A stretch of 64,000 bases of DNA from Cladosporium halotolerans (taxonomy: Eukaryota), in contig NW_027191457.1 of assembly GCF_011745625.1 (NCBI RefSeq), positions 310,001 to 374,000 of the forward strand, read 5' to 3'. Shown here in pieces: positions 36,474 through 48,497 of the stretch. A program made the position numbers and the translations under genes. The notes below the pieces were generated by a model that was given only the letters and a program-made list of their open reading frames with translations, was not told where the DNA came from and did not search any database. Positions within the stretch are counted from its first letter, which is position 1. Every line of letters starts with the position of its first letter.

Positions 36474-39400
36474 GGAACGACAACACCGCCGTCGCCGGCG
36501 CAAGGCATCTGCAGCGAGCGCGACGCAAGGCCACCGCGGCCACTCTGCGCCCATGTGCCCATGTGCGCATGCAGAGCGATGCCGCTGCTGCGCCGCCGGC
36601 GAGCCTCAGCGGGTACTCGCCTCACTGTACCTACATCCGCGATAATACGGCCTCCCTCGCCGCGAGACGACCGCCCTTGGCTCGCGCCGGAATGGCGTCT
36701 CGCTACGAGCGCGACCCATCGCGCCGCCTGCGCCCGTTGAAGTAGCCGCATCCTGGCGCCATGCACGTCAACTCGACCTCTGCCGCGCCCAATCCTGGTT
36801 GTCCTCATGGCCGTCGCCGCCGCCAGGCCGCCCACAGCGCCGCGAGCATGCTGTGTTCGCGCGTGCAGTCGGGCGCCTTGCGCCTCTCGCGCGCGTGGCA
36901 ATGCCACGGTACACTGCAGCCCGTAGTCGCGCGCGCACATAGGCAGGCGTGCAAGCGAACGGCAGCTTTCCTGCGAGGGTGTCGACGAGCGCGTCTTCTT
37001 CCCGGAGGGGAGGCGTCGCGAAGCCTGCGTCCACCAATGCCGCAATCCCTACGCCTGCAGGGAGATCAACGCCACTGCATACCGCGTGGCCGGCTGGGAT
37101 CAGTCTGGGCAAGCCCGCCGCTCTACTGCAGGTTGCCGCCCACCCTCACCACAGCACGGTGCTTTGACACTGACGCATGCACGGAGTGAGCAGGGCTGCG
37201 AGTCTGCGACCATTCCGGGCCGACAGCGCCTGGGCGTAATGCGTGTCGACAGCCCAATCCGGACGACTCCCTCGACGAAGCAAGCTATTCAGGTTAGGCT
37301 GCACGCTTGACAGCCATTGTGCCTCAGTGATCGCCACCATGCAGGCAGGCTATCGCCTTAGTAGCAGGGCCAGCCTCAGGCTTGCTGCATGCCCTGCAAT
37401 GCAATGTTCGCCCTCAGAGCGCTGGCGCTACCAACCGAGCCAGCCTCGTGAGATGGAGACCACCATACACCGCAACGGCACGGCGGCTCGGGTGACTGCG
37501 CGAAATGTGCCCTCGCGAAAGGCGTTCAATCGGCCACGCGGACGCAGGGAAGCGAAATCCAACCGGGTTTAGACGAGGCCAGCTCTATCCCTGCCAGTTC
37601 CTGCGCGGACGGCGCACGTCCCTCTACTGTACTTGCATGTCATCAAGAACCCGCTGCCCTGCCTGGGTGAGACGCCGGGCTGGCAGGAGGCCGAGGCTTC
37701 AGACGCCAGACTACTTCAGCCCCCAGCGCTGATACGATCATTCGATGCAATCGCTTGCAATCGGACGCCCTCTGCCCGAGCGGGGCCTCTTGCTGCGTTC
37801 GCTTGCGGGACGAAGCCGACGCCTCAGTCATCCCAGCCGTAAGCGGAGCACTCGACTAGCTCTGGCCGGAACATCGCAGCTGGTGTGCGCACCCACTACG
37901 CCCGCCTATTGGCTGCCGCGAACCTCACAAGCTACAATCGCTGAAAGTCTGATCTTCTCACACGCCACGCGCCACACCACCACCACCCCTCGCTCAACCT
38001 TTTCCAACATTCTCTGCGCGTGACTTGCCGCCGTCGCTTTTGCGCGATTCTCCTGCGGGAGCACCGGCAGCGATGACTGCTGCATGCCAGCGTTGCGGCT
38101 ACCCCTGCACAAGTCGCGGCGCCCCCCGCCGCGCCCGAAAAAGAACACATGCGCGATGCGTGCAGCCCGTCACACCATTGTACTCATTTCGCTTCGAGCG
38201 TGCAGCTGTCTGGAACCCCAGAGTAGCTATACATCCACGCCGTGCTAACAACAAGGACACGAGGCCAGCCCTCGGCTTGGGCCGACCGAGACCCCGTACG
38301 CGATCCGCCAACCTGCATGTCCATGTACCGCAGTACTTCCCCATACGACTCTCTCTTCACCACCACGTCTGTCGGCCGTTGCCCTAATGCAGCGCCTAAC
38401 GCACCCGCAGCAATGGCGAAACCGGCAGACACGCGTGAACCGTGAATTTGCCTTGTGGCTTATCACTTGGTGTTGCTTCGCAAGCCGTGGCTCGTCGATC
38501 CAATCCAGCCCAACCGATTCAAGCAAGCAGGTGCCACTCTTCTTCAAGAACTACATGACACCGGCCAAATTGCATGCGAATGGTTGTGCAAGCGCTGCTC
38601 GCTTCCACCCCTCGCCCCACATGTGTCACCACACCACCACAAAGTACATCGGTAGCACCGAGCTGCCATTTCCAATTCTGCTGTTGTTGCCGGAACAATT
38701 AGGGCTTTCAATCCCCAGCCGGCGGTCGTGTAACTCATCACCAGCGAGCTGGCATGTGACAAACAAAGGCCCGAGGATTCGCGTGGCAGCCACCGAATCT
38801 GCGACACAAGCGTAAGGTACAGTGCGCGACTTACCATTCCTGCATGATGCTGCAACCAAACAGTCAGCGCGCTCCGGGCGGCTATGAGGCGTCTTGCAAG
38901 CCACGCCGCCGCCCGCAACTGCCGTACGCTTTCAGCCTCGGAATGTCCTGTAGGTACAGTAGACATGCTGCCGCCCTTGTCACTGTCGACCAACACGCGG
39001 CTGACACGTGAGGGCTGTCGCACGACAGCGAGTCGTGCATTCCCTGCGCACTGAAAACAACCGACGGCTATTTAACCTCGACACAAAAATCGAATTGCTC
39101 CTCATCCGCTCACGCTCGGGGCTCAGCCGAAAACCACCCATGTCCAAGTCCAGCGACTTCTACCCAACCCCATCAGAACATGTGAATATGACAGCGGCTA
39201 ACTTCCGCAACCACCACCATCACTCACCTGCCCACCCACCCTCTCCCTTACCCAACATCTTCCCTCCACGAGCTAGTCCTAGCAAACAGGAACGCACCCG
39301 CCCGCGCCCCACGCGCGCCACCCGCCTCCAACTCCCCCGGAAGCCAACCCCCGGCCCGCATCGTCTGAAGAGGGGATATCCCTGCCGCCCGAGATCAGTT

Positions 39401-40452
39401 CCTGGCCCGAGGCACAGCACAGCAGCAACTAGTAACACGGCACGTACACAGTAGCGCCGTCAGCCGCAACGATTCAGCAGAAAAACTTACTCACCACCTT
39501 CCCGAAGGCAGTACAGACATGCCAGTATATACAAGGTGGCTGCCCGCGAAGCCGGGTAGCTTTCTCGCGGCAGGCCTTCCCCGGCGCCTCCGTGGCGCGG
39601 AACCGGCGTCTCGTCCTGCTGACTACTTCAGATAGTCGATGGGGATTTTCGCTTCCCCTGCTTAACGCGATTGGCAAAAAGCCATGCCACCGTAATCCCT
39701 ACAGTAGCTCGATTCAACCCCCATGTCACTCGCGCGTCGACCTGGTTGGCGGGAATAACGCTCCTCCCTCCCTCTCAGGGCTGGGCGGCGCTCGGGTCGG
39801 GCCCGATGTGGTTGTCAGACGCTCACAGGGCGTGAGACTAGAAAGCTGACAATCAGATATGCTTTCGCGCGGATGTCGTGCGTGCGTCGCCTGCGGCGAG
39901 CTAGCGAGGCCAAGGGTGCGATTTGGGGCTCGCGAGATGGCATCCCCACCCCCAACGACCAAGGCAATCTCGCTGGCCTCGGCCGGGATCTGCGGCCGTG
40001 TCCGCGCGCCGTCTCGCGGTTTTGGCGAGATGGTGGTGTGCGTGGTTGTTTCGTAATATTTACGTGAGTGGGCTCGCGGTGCCGTTGCGATAGAGTTTGT
40101 GGCGCTTTTTTGTGACAGGTCGATTTTTTGCCAAACGAGGGAGGAGCAGTTTGCTGCGGGTGAGGATGTCGCGCGTTCGCGAGGGTGCGTTGGGGCTGGC
40201 TTTGTGCTGTGGGCGCTTTTGCAGCGGGGTTCTGTCAGGGCCAGGAGCGTGGTGCCATGGCGACGGACTGCGCAGGTACACGTAGCGTTCAGCTTCGAGG
40301 AAGAGGGGCGAGTACAGACGTGCACGAGCGCAGGGCTTGATCAATACTGTCGACAGGCCTTCCTGGCCTCTTGATCAAAGGGAATAGACATCACTTCATT
40401 TCCATCACTACAGAGCGAAAACCTTCCGTTCTTACTTGCTAAATGGTATCAC

Positions 40453-42711
40453 CTACATCAAAAGCGCAACGCCAAATCCGAACCCCAGCGCCAGCGCTCC
40501 CAGAACCCTTCCGTCCCCACTCGTTCCGAACCGCCAAGCCGTCCTCGAAAGCGCGCCACCGGTCGGGCTGGGCGTGTTCGTCGCCGTGTACACGCCCGTC
40601 AGCTCCGCCGTCGACGTCGCGCTCGCGTCGCCCGTCGCCGTGCTCGAGTCGTCGGCGCTCGAGCTGAGCGGGCTGCCCGGGATGCCGGCGCGGACGCTGG
40701 AGCGCGGCAGGCTGATCGACGAGTCGTCTTGGTAGAAGATGCCGTTCGCGACGACTCCGTCGCCCGCCAGCATAGCCTTGGTGTCGTCTTCCGAGCACGA
40801 GTTGTTCCACGCGCGCACCCAGCACGTCGGGCTTGGCGGGTCGGGAGCTTCATTCGTGTGCGTGGCGTTCTGGGGGCCCTCGGAGGCGAACGTGGCCAGG
40901 TCGACCATGTCGCCCGTCGAGATCTCGGTGCCCTGGATGATGCGCGTGAAGACGGTGAAAGCCGTCTCGGGCTGGTAGTACGGCATGAGGTGGCCGGCGT
41001 CGTAGATGCGTGAGAAGCTGAGGTTGCCGAACTGGCGCACGGCGCCGCCCACGTAGCTGGAGTTGACGACGATTTCTGCGTAGCCTGCAGCGGGGAAGGC
41101 ATTGGCGTAGGTGGGCAGCGGTGGACCTGGGGGTCCCGGAGCAGCTACTCGTCTTGCGACTTCCAAGCTGATAGCCTGGCCGCCGGCCCAGTTGCATAGC
41201 CAGTCTGAATCGCCGTACATGAGTGCTACGCGGACGCCGTTACTGAGTAGGTATGCGAGGTCGTCTAGTTGGCCACCGCGGATCGTGTCGCCGGTCGAGA
41301 TGAAGCCTTGCTGCACATATCGATTGCTTTCGGTGTAGTTCACTCTTACGCCGATCGAAGCAAGCACTGTCTCGTTGTTCAGATACTCTTGGTACGCTCC
41401 AGGAGGATCTGGACTGGGTCCCTGCTGTCTGATGTCATATGGGTTGTATCCATTTCGCACATACGCCGCAGTGACGTTCAAGCAATTGTACTGCGCGGCT
41501 TCGCAAATTTCATTCGTTTGATCAACATCGCCCAACCCCTGAGGGTCCGTCGATGCTGCGGCAGTGCGGCAAGCATTGATATGTTCGAGACAGCCATCTC
41601 TTCCATTGAATGCCTGTAGCGCGTTGAGTTGGTCGGTCTGACTGTAGGCTTGGATCCCGTAGGTGTTATTGTAGGCGAAGAACGGATAGTAATAGTTTTG
41701 TACGGCGTCGTCGACTATGCCGTTGATGATGCCGAGGGACTCAAGCTGAATATCGAGCGAGCTGTTGTAGGGCATCATTCCATCCTTGCGCCTTTGCGTT
41801 TGCTGTTCAAAATATCGTGCAAATGTCGGACCGTACTTTCCGCCGTAAGACTCGGTGAAAAGGTGAATGCCGACGGCCGCTTCGGGCACCTGTGGAGAGG
41901 TGACGTTCGGTCGCACAGCAGGGTTGTACTGCGGGAAGCTTGACAGCCATGACTGCAAGAAATGCCATGTGGCAGAAGCCGCAATCTCAGTAGTATTAGA
42001 AGATGCCGACCATGAGACTTTCTCATCGGCGTTGGCGGTTCCGAATGTCCCGTCTAGGTTCATGAAAGCCGGCAATGCCTCGGACATGGCGGGTTCGTAT
42101 GCTGCGTTCGTGAGGAAATCGTAAGACCCATTCGTTGCTGTGTCGTAAGAAAAGCCGACTTGGTTCGGTTGATCGATGAACAACATATTGCTGCTACGGT
42201 CCCAGCCCCACATTCTTGGTTGCGTGCCGTAGCTGCCGTCGCTCATCTGGACTACCTCACATGGGCCGACTTCGGTGAACAAGCCAACCATGCTGCTTGA
42301 TCCTGGCCCTCCATTTAGCCATATCGTCAACGGTGCGCTTTCGGGAACTTGTCGTGCCTCGATGAACCAGAAGAAAGTGTTGATGCTGTAGTTCTGTTGT
42401 ACGGGTGCCAGAGTGTAAGGCGGCAAGGTAATGTAGCCTGTGTACTGCTTTTGGGTGGGAAACGCTGTCATACAGGTCCCATTGTCGGGTTGCTTATAGG
42501 AGATCGTGACATTTGAATCAATTGGCGACTTTAAGACATTATCGTATACTGGGACAAAGGGGTATTGTGCTTTTGTGGACGGTAGTGACAATGCGATGAT
42601 TGTGACAGTCGCGGCCAACGCACGCGGCAGACGTAAGAGCTATAAATTCGTCAGCAAGGTGTTCTCTGACAAAGTCGAAATCACAGCCTGAGAAACCGAA
42701 TGGCAGGACAT
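40453..42711 (-). CDS. Serine carboxypeptidase (peptidase S10) with S/T-rich tail and hydrophobic GPI/TM-like C-terminus; start exon uncertain
   Basis: Motifs WLNGGPGSSS, FIDQPNQVGFSY, TESYGG (Ser), GDSDWLC (Asp) and DAGHLMP (His). A splice acceptor at about 42640 (GCTGAC...ATAG) precedes the signal-like LLRLPRALAATVTIIAL. Confidence 0.88.
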
Positions 42712-44666
42712 CAGTATGGCGAAGTCAGCTCCAGTGCATTTCCGGATTGTGTTATATGGTGTCGGAGAACCAAGGTTCAGATGGCAATCGACCAGATGAG
42801 CACCCACGATGGTCGAAAAATGTTCGCTCGATCGTCGCAATGAGCAGGTTCATTTTCAAGCATCTACTATCCACGCACATGCCGGTCCTGAACGGAAAAT
42901 CAGGGGTGATGTAGCCTCTTCGCTCTGCACACGGTACGTTCACGAAGCGCCTACCAACCAGGTTTCCTGACTGCTGTTCTGCTCGTTCAACCGACTGATT
43001 CCCCGATTGTCATTTTCTTCAGCTAAAGGCCAGCCCTCGCGACACGTTCCAAATCCTAGCATTCGTTCAAACAAGATATCCAGATCCCAGCGCATCGATC
43101 CCGACCGACAAAGCCTCGTCCAGTATCCCACACTGTCGCACTCCAGTGTTCCAGTGGCCAGCGAACGACACGCAACGTCCAACTCACATTCATCTTTCCG
43201 CCCCCATCAAACGCAAACCCTCGAGTCACAATGTTCCCTCCCTCTCACGCGCACCGCAGCCGACCGCGCGTCGCGGCACGAGCATTCGAGCGCCGTTCAC
43301 AATCCAGAAGTATTGGTCGGGCGGATTGGCGTCGCATGGGTCGCTCGCTCGAGATCGTATATTGCGCGCAGCCTGAAGTGCGCCGAATGCGAAACCGAAG
43401 CGGTTGAAAGTGGATATGGCTAGTCGGTACGAAAGACGATGAGACGCGCGCGCGACGCTGACCGTCGGCGGACATCTCCAATTTCCCCACCGTCCATCTC
43501 CGCTTCTTCAGGGGCGACGAGACCCTCCCGCGCAGATGCAGGAACGTGAAAGCTGACGCGTGCGCGCTAGCCTGGTTTGGGATCCAACGAACCCAGAATC
43601 GATTTTGGACGCAAGGCGTACTTCGTCACATCACGACCGCTGGAATTCGCGTTAAGACGACCGGTGTTCTACCTCTCATACACTGCTCTCTGGGGATCCG
43701 GCGTCGATGGTAGGATCGTTCCGATCGGCCAGCGAGTCCATTCAGTTGCTTGACCACTCGGGCAATTCGCACTGCTAGCTTCTACCGCCGAACGCTGGGC
43801 GAAAGCTTGTGATATTATGGTCAAGAGGTTTTGCTTGGCGAAAGGGAGGTTCGATGGATTCATGTGAGGATAGAGAAGTGTGTTGATGGCGGATAATTGC
43901 TCAATATTTCACCGACTAAACGATCAGCAGATTCATTGGAAGGCAAGCGATTCCCCATGGCTTCCTGAGATCTCCTACTTGCATCGAAAAGTCATCGCCA
44001 TGGTGAGGTGACATTCGATCGAGAACTTTGACGAGCTTCAGGAATGAGGGGGAATCAGAGATCCTCAAGGCTTTTCTCTGATCGATGAGCCAACATTACG
44101 GTCCTCTGGAGCCCTTCGTCCCTCCTACACTGGATCGATTGAGACCGAATCACCCCGAACTCTCTCCTTATCATGTCTAGGTCCTATCCGACCCGCTCAC
44201 CTTGCTCGTCAACGGATTTCTTCCTGCGATCTTTCGAATCGCCAACAATGAGCTACGCACCGCTAATACCGAATTTCAAGAGATTTCATCAAGTCGGTTC
44301 TCTGGACAAGTACATGAATCAATCAATGTCAGCGGTGTCTGAGACACGCTCAACTTCGCTCATTTGTAAACTATGTCCGCTTGAAAGCTGTATTGATGTC
44401 ATGTTAGACTATGCAGCAGGGCGACCTCAGGCAAGCCTAAATTAAGCAGGCAAGGTAAGACAAGACGAGAGGACAAGCTCATCTAGGATTACCTACCTAT
44501 GAAAGACGGCCAGTAGCCTCCCACAGGTGCATCGCTTCGAAGAAAATTGAAACCTGCCTCTGGCCCCGATGCAATCATTACCGGCAGATATGCGCTCGCT
44601 TCTATGCCAGACCGAAACTCGCCATCGAGTACGCTCCAGGAGGGGGAAGGGAACAAAGACGCGTGC

Positions 44667-46597
44667 TCACGACTCAAACGACCCCGGCAGCGCCCCCGCG
44701 TCCACGCACATCTCCCTCCTCGCCTTCGCGACACGCGCCTTCTCCTCCGCCGTCTCGCGGCCCGTGACGACAAAGTCCATCTCCGTGTGCACCGTGAAGC
44801 CGATGACCTTCTCGTTGAACGGGCGCGCCAGGCGGCACGGCTGCAGGGTGAAGCGAAGGAGCGTCTGTCGCGGTCATCGTTAGCCTCGATCGAAGTTTGC
44901 CTTCTTTTGGGGGAAAGTGAACGTACCTCAGCAACGCCCTTGTTCAACTCCATGGTCGCGACGCCGCGGCCCAAACACCCGAACCGGCCGTAGCCGAAAT
45001 TCAACCCCACCGTCTCCGTCATCCTCCTCACCCTCTCCCTCTCCTTCTCGGCCTCGGCGCCCTCGCGCGCAAGCCAGCGCTCCGGGCGGAAAACCTCGCA
45101 GTCCGCCCCGAACACCTCGGCATCGTGCATCATGCCCCAGCTGTTCCAGCCGACCTGCGTGCCGCCCGGCGCGAACTTCGGCACGCCGTCGACGGCGATC
45201 GTGGCGCCGCCGTCGGGGACGCGCTTGGCCATCAAGCCTGAGACGGGCGGGTGGATGCGGAGGCCCTCTTTGATGCAGGCTTGCAGGTAGGGGAGCGTGC
45301 GGGCTTCGGCGTCTTTGATGACGGGGCGGGAGATGGCGCCGGCGGCGATGGCGGATTCGAGTTCTGTGAGCAGGCGGTCGAGGATGGCGGGGGAGGTGCT
45401 GAGGTGGTGGAGGGTGATGCGGAGCGCGGACGCGGTGCTGTCGGAGCCGGCGGTGATTTGCGTCAGAGTTTCGGACTCGAGCTCGGCTTGCGAGAGGCCG
45501 CGGGCGATGAAGGACGCGAGCATGTCGCGGCGGGCGAGGGGTTTGGGGCCGAAGCGTTCTTGCACGCGTTCGCGAGCGAAGCCCATGACGCGGCCGAGGC
45601 CGCGCTTGTCGGTTGATTTGGGGAGGGCGGATTTGAGGAGGGGGATTTTGAGGATGTTGGTGAGTTCCGTGTAGACGCCGAAGACGATGATGGCGGGGAG
45701 AAACTGCTCGAGGTTGGCGAGGTAGCCGAAGGGGTCGTTGTCGTTGTCGAGGAAGCCGAAGGTCTGGCCGAAGGCGATTTTGGAGATGACGTCGAGGGTG
45801 AAGAAGGAGGTCACGCGGGACAGGTCCATTGTGCGGTAGACTCCTTCGTCGGGGCGGGCGACATATTTGCTGCTGATCAGCTCGAAGAGTTGCAAGAGCT
45901 TCTCGTCGACGTCGTTTTCCAGATGCAAGTTTTCCTTCCCGGAGTAGCCTGGGGCCATGCGGGTGCGGAGGTCTGCATGGATGCGTTCGTCGACGTGGGA
46001 AGTGATGTTGTCACGCTCAGGGTGCAGTTTGAGGGCAGAATACCACGGGCCGCGGGTGAAGGGTGAACGGACAGCGTTCATGCGCTTGAACAGTTCCGGG
46101 TCGGAAGTGATGAGGAATTTGGGCCCAATGCGAGCCGTCGAGCCTACAAGAGCATGATTAGAGGCACGTTCAAAGTCAATCTACGAGGATGTCACGCCGC
46201 TCGGGACTGTAAAGATAGATATGCTGCTGGTATGGACGCAGGGCTACATGATTCATCTGTCCGACCGAGCGACGTGCGTGCAAGGTACGCGGGCGTGTTC
46301 CGTGTGCAGCGCTCGCGTGTGACAGCTTGCGCAGCAGTGCGCGAATTGGGCAAATGGAAATTGGACCCAGCAGGGCGGCAACGAGGAAAAGCCACGTCGC
46401 GTGGACGACTCACCATGCTTGCGGTTGAGCGCCGCAAAACGCTTGTGCATCTCACCGCTGCCTTGCGTGCGCAGCAGCCATAACCGCGACCAGCCGGCAG
46501 ACCAGTGGCCGCCGAACTGCTTGAGTGAGTTGTACGTCCGGACAGAGTGGATAACATAGGCCAGGGCCAGAGCGGCGAGGGCGACGAGGTAGAGCAT
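44667..46597 (-). CDS. Cytochrome P450 monooxygenase
   Basis: N-terminal anchor MLYLVALAALALAY, I-helix AGSDST, ExxR (KEGLR), FRPERW and heme motif FGYGRFGCLG. Introns at about 46144-46411 and 44865-44926. Confidence 0.92.
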
Positions 46598-47304
46598 GGC
46601 CGGGCCGGGTGTGGTAAGCGAAGAGCGGCGAGCAACAAGCAGCAAGCGACGGAGCTAGTGCTGCTGGTCTTTCTCGCCTGGGAAAGCGCACACAACTTCT
46701 CAGCGTCGTGCTCCTCCGAACCACGCTGCTGGGAGTCGGTATGGGGCGTGATTTGCCGCGGTCACGGGCGGGCGCAGAGGTTGACCAGAGCCCTGCTGCG
46801 CTTGCGGACGCTGGTGAGCAGTCGCGGCGGGTGTTGCAGTGCGGCGTCGGTCGCCAGGCGGTGGTGAGGGCGCGGAGAGGGACTCGCAAGCTGTGGTTGT
46901 TTTCCTCCTCCCGGGCCAGGGCGAGCGACGGCAGAGCAGAGCAGGAGAGCAGGCGGCGTGCCTGCGGGTCAAGTACTCGCGCGCGCGCGGGCAGGCAGAT
47001 GACGCGGGCACCTACGACAGGCAAGGGCGCCGGCGACTGCTCTACCACGCTGCCTCCCGACCGTCTAGTGCACGCGCCGGCGCGGTGAGTGCTGGTGGCA
47101 TTCGCCGCTGCCCGTGGCTCGCGGCCACGCGCAGCACACGCTGGTGAAGGCCGGGCCATTGCAAATCAAGACACACCTCGCTTGCGCGCAGCCTGCAGCG
47201 GCCGACGCCGTCGGAGCAGCAGCGTCTCGGAAGCTGCGTGGGCCGGCGGCCACAGAGGTCAGGCTGTGCCGCTGTGAAGATATCGCCCAGCGCGGTATTA
47301 GCAG

Positions 47305-47580
47305 TAGGGATGCACGTCCACAAAATCACAGCTTGGTGATCACCCGTGATCACGGTGATCACAGGTAGAGCTCTGTGATCTTGTGGATAGGTCTATTACC
47401 AAAAGGGTTAGAGGCGTCAGATAGCGTCTCTCAGCTGGCGCTAGGGCTCAATCCGGCCTCTCAAATCACGTGAGGGTCACGTGTTTTGATGCCAAGGCTG
47501 TGATTATCACTGTGATCACGGTGATCACAATCCACAACACTGTGGATTATCTTCCATCCACGGTGGATTGCACATCACTA
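47305..47580. mobile_element. Degenerate non-autonomous hAT-type element (MITE), 276 bp
   Basis: Imperfect TIRs TAGGGATGCACGTCCAC and, reverse-complemented, TAGTGATGTGCAATCCAC. 8-bp TSD ATTAGCAG / ATGAGCAG (7/8 identical). Five subterminal GTGATCAC palindromes. Confidence 0.7.
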
Positions 47581-48497
47581 ATGAGCAGAGGGCGCCGCCG
47601 TTGATAAAGTGGCGCCGGGCGTCGCGTGGGCCGGTGTCACGGCGGGAGGATGGCGGTTTAGGAAGGGCAGCCGTTGCGCCGTTGGACTACAGCTGAACTA
47701 CCCACGACGGCGTGGTCGGGGAGACGCAGCCGCTCCACGCACAACCAGCCTAGCGTGCGCAGAGCAGACGTGCAGTGCGTGCTCACTTGCTCGTTGAGCT
47801 CGCTGCTCAGGCCCTTGCTCGCCCGCCTTGCCAGCATCGCTTCCCTGCAGCCAGCCGGCCATGCCTGTCGGGGCGAAACGCGCGTGGTGGTATGCGCGCC
47901 AAGTGGGCGTCTGGGGTGAGCCCGGCGCGCCCTCGTTCAATCGCCACGCCGCGACTGCTCCGAGTGACATCCTCTCTGCTCGCCGCCCTTCACCACGCCC
48001 GTCCTGCTGGTAAAGACACCTCCACTCCTCGCCTTCGCCCTCCGCGCCCGTCCGCCCCAAAGGATGCGCCGCGCAGCACACCCCGCCCCGTCCGTGCGGC
48101 ACGTGACAGCTGAGGGGAGTGCGAGCAGCTCCGCGCCAGCAGATTAAGGTCGCCTCTAGGCTCGGGGAGCTCCAACCCAGTTTCGCCCTCTGACTCTCCG
48201 CCCTCTGCACTGTACGTAGTAGAGGCGCGCCGCCGCTGCTGTCCTGTTGCTCTTCGATCCACCGCCTCGCACTCGCAACCCCCCCTCCTGTTGACCGTTG
48301 ACCACCCTGCCGCTTTGCCGCCTTGCTCTCACGCCACGCAGCAGCAGCGCCATCTGCATTATTCTCGCCAGCCCTGACCTGCCACGGGCGCAATCGAAGG
48401 TTAAAGCCACCTGCCTGCCAGAAAGCTAGCCGCCATCGATCGGCGCCCGCCTCTGCAGGGCTCGACGCTTGCTGAACATCAGCCCTGACAGCCCGTC

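Noticed and set aside
47336..47528. GTGATCAC and GACTCG arrays as possible CRISPR-like repeats
   Set aside because: The units are 8-13 bp with no unique spacers, there are no cas genes, and the context is eukaryotic.
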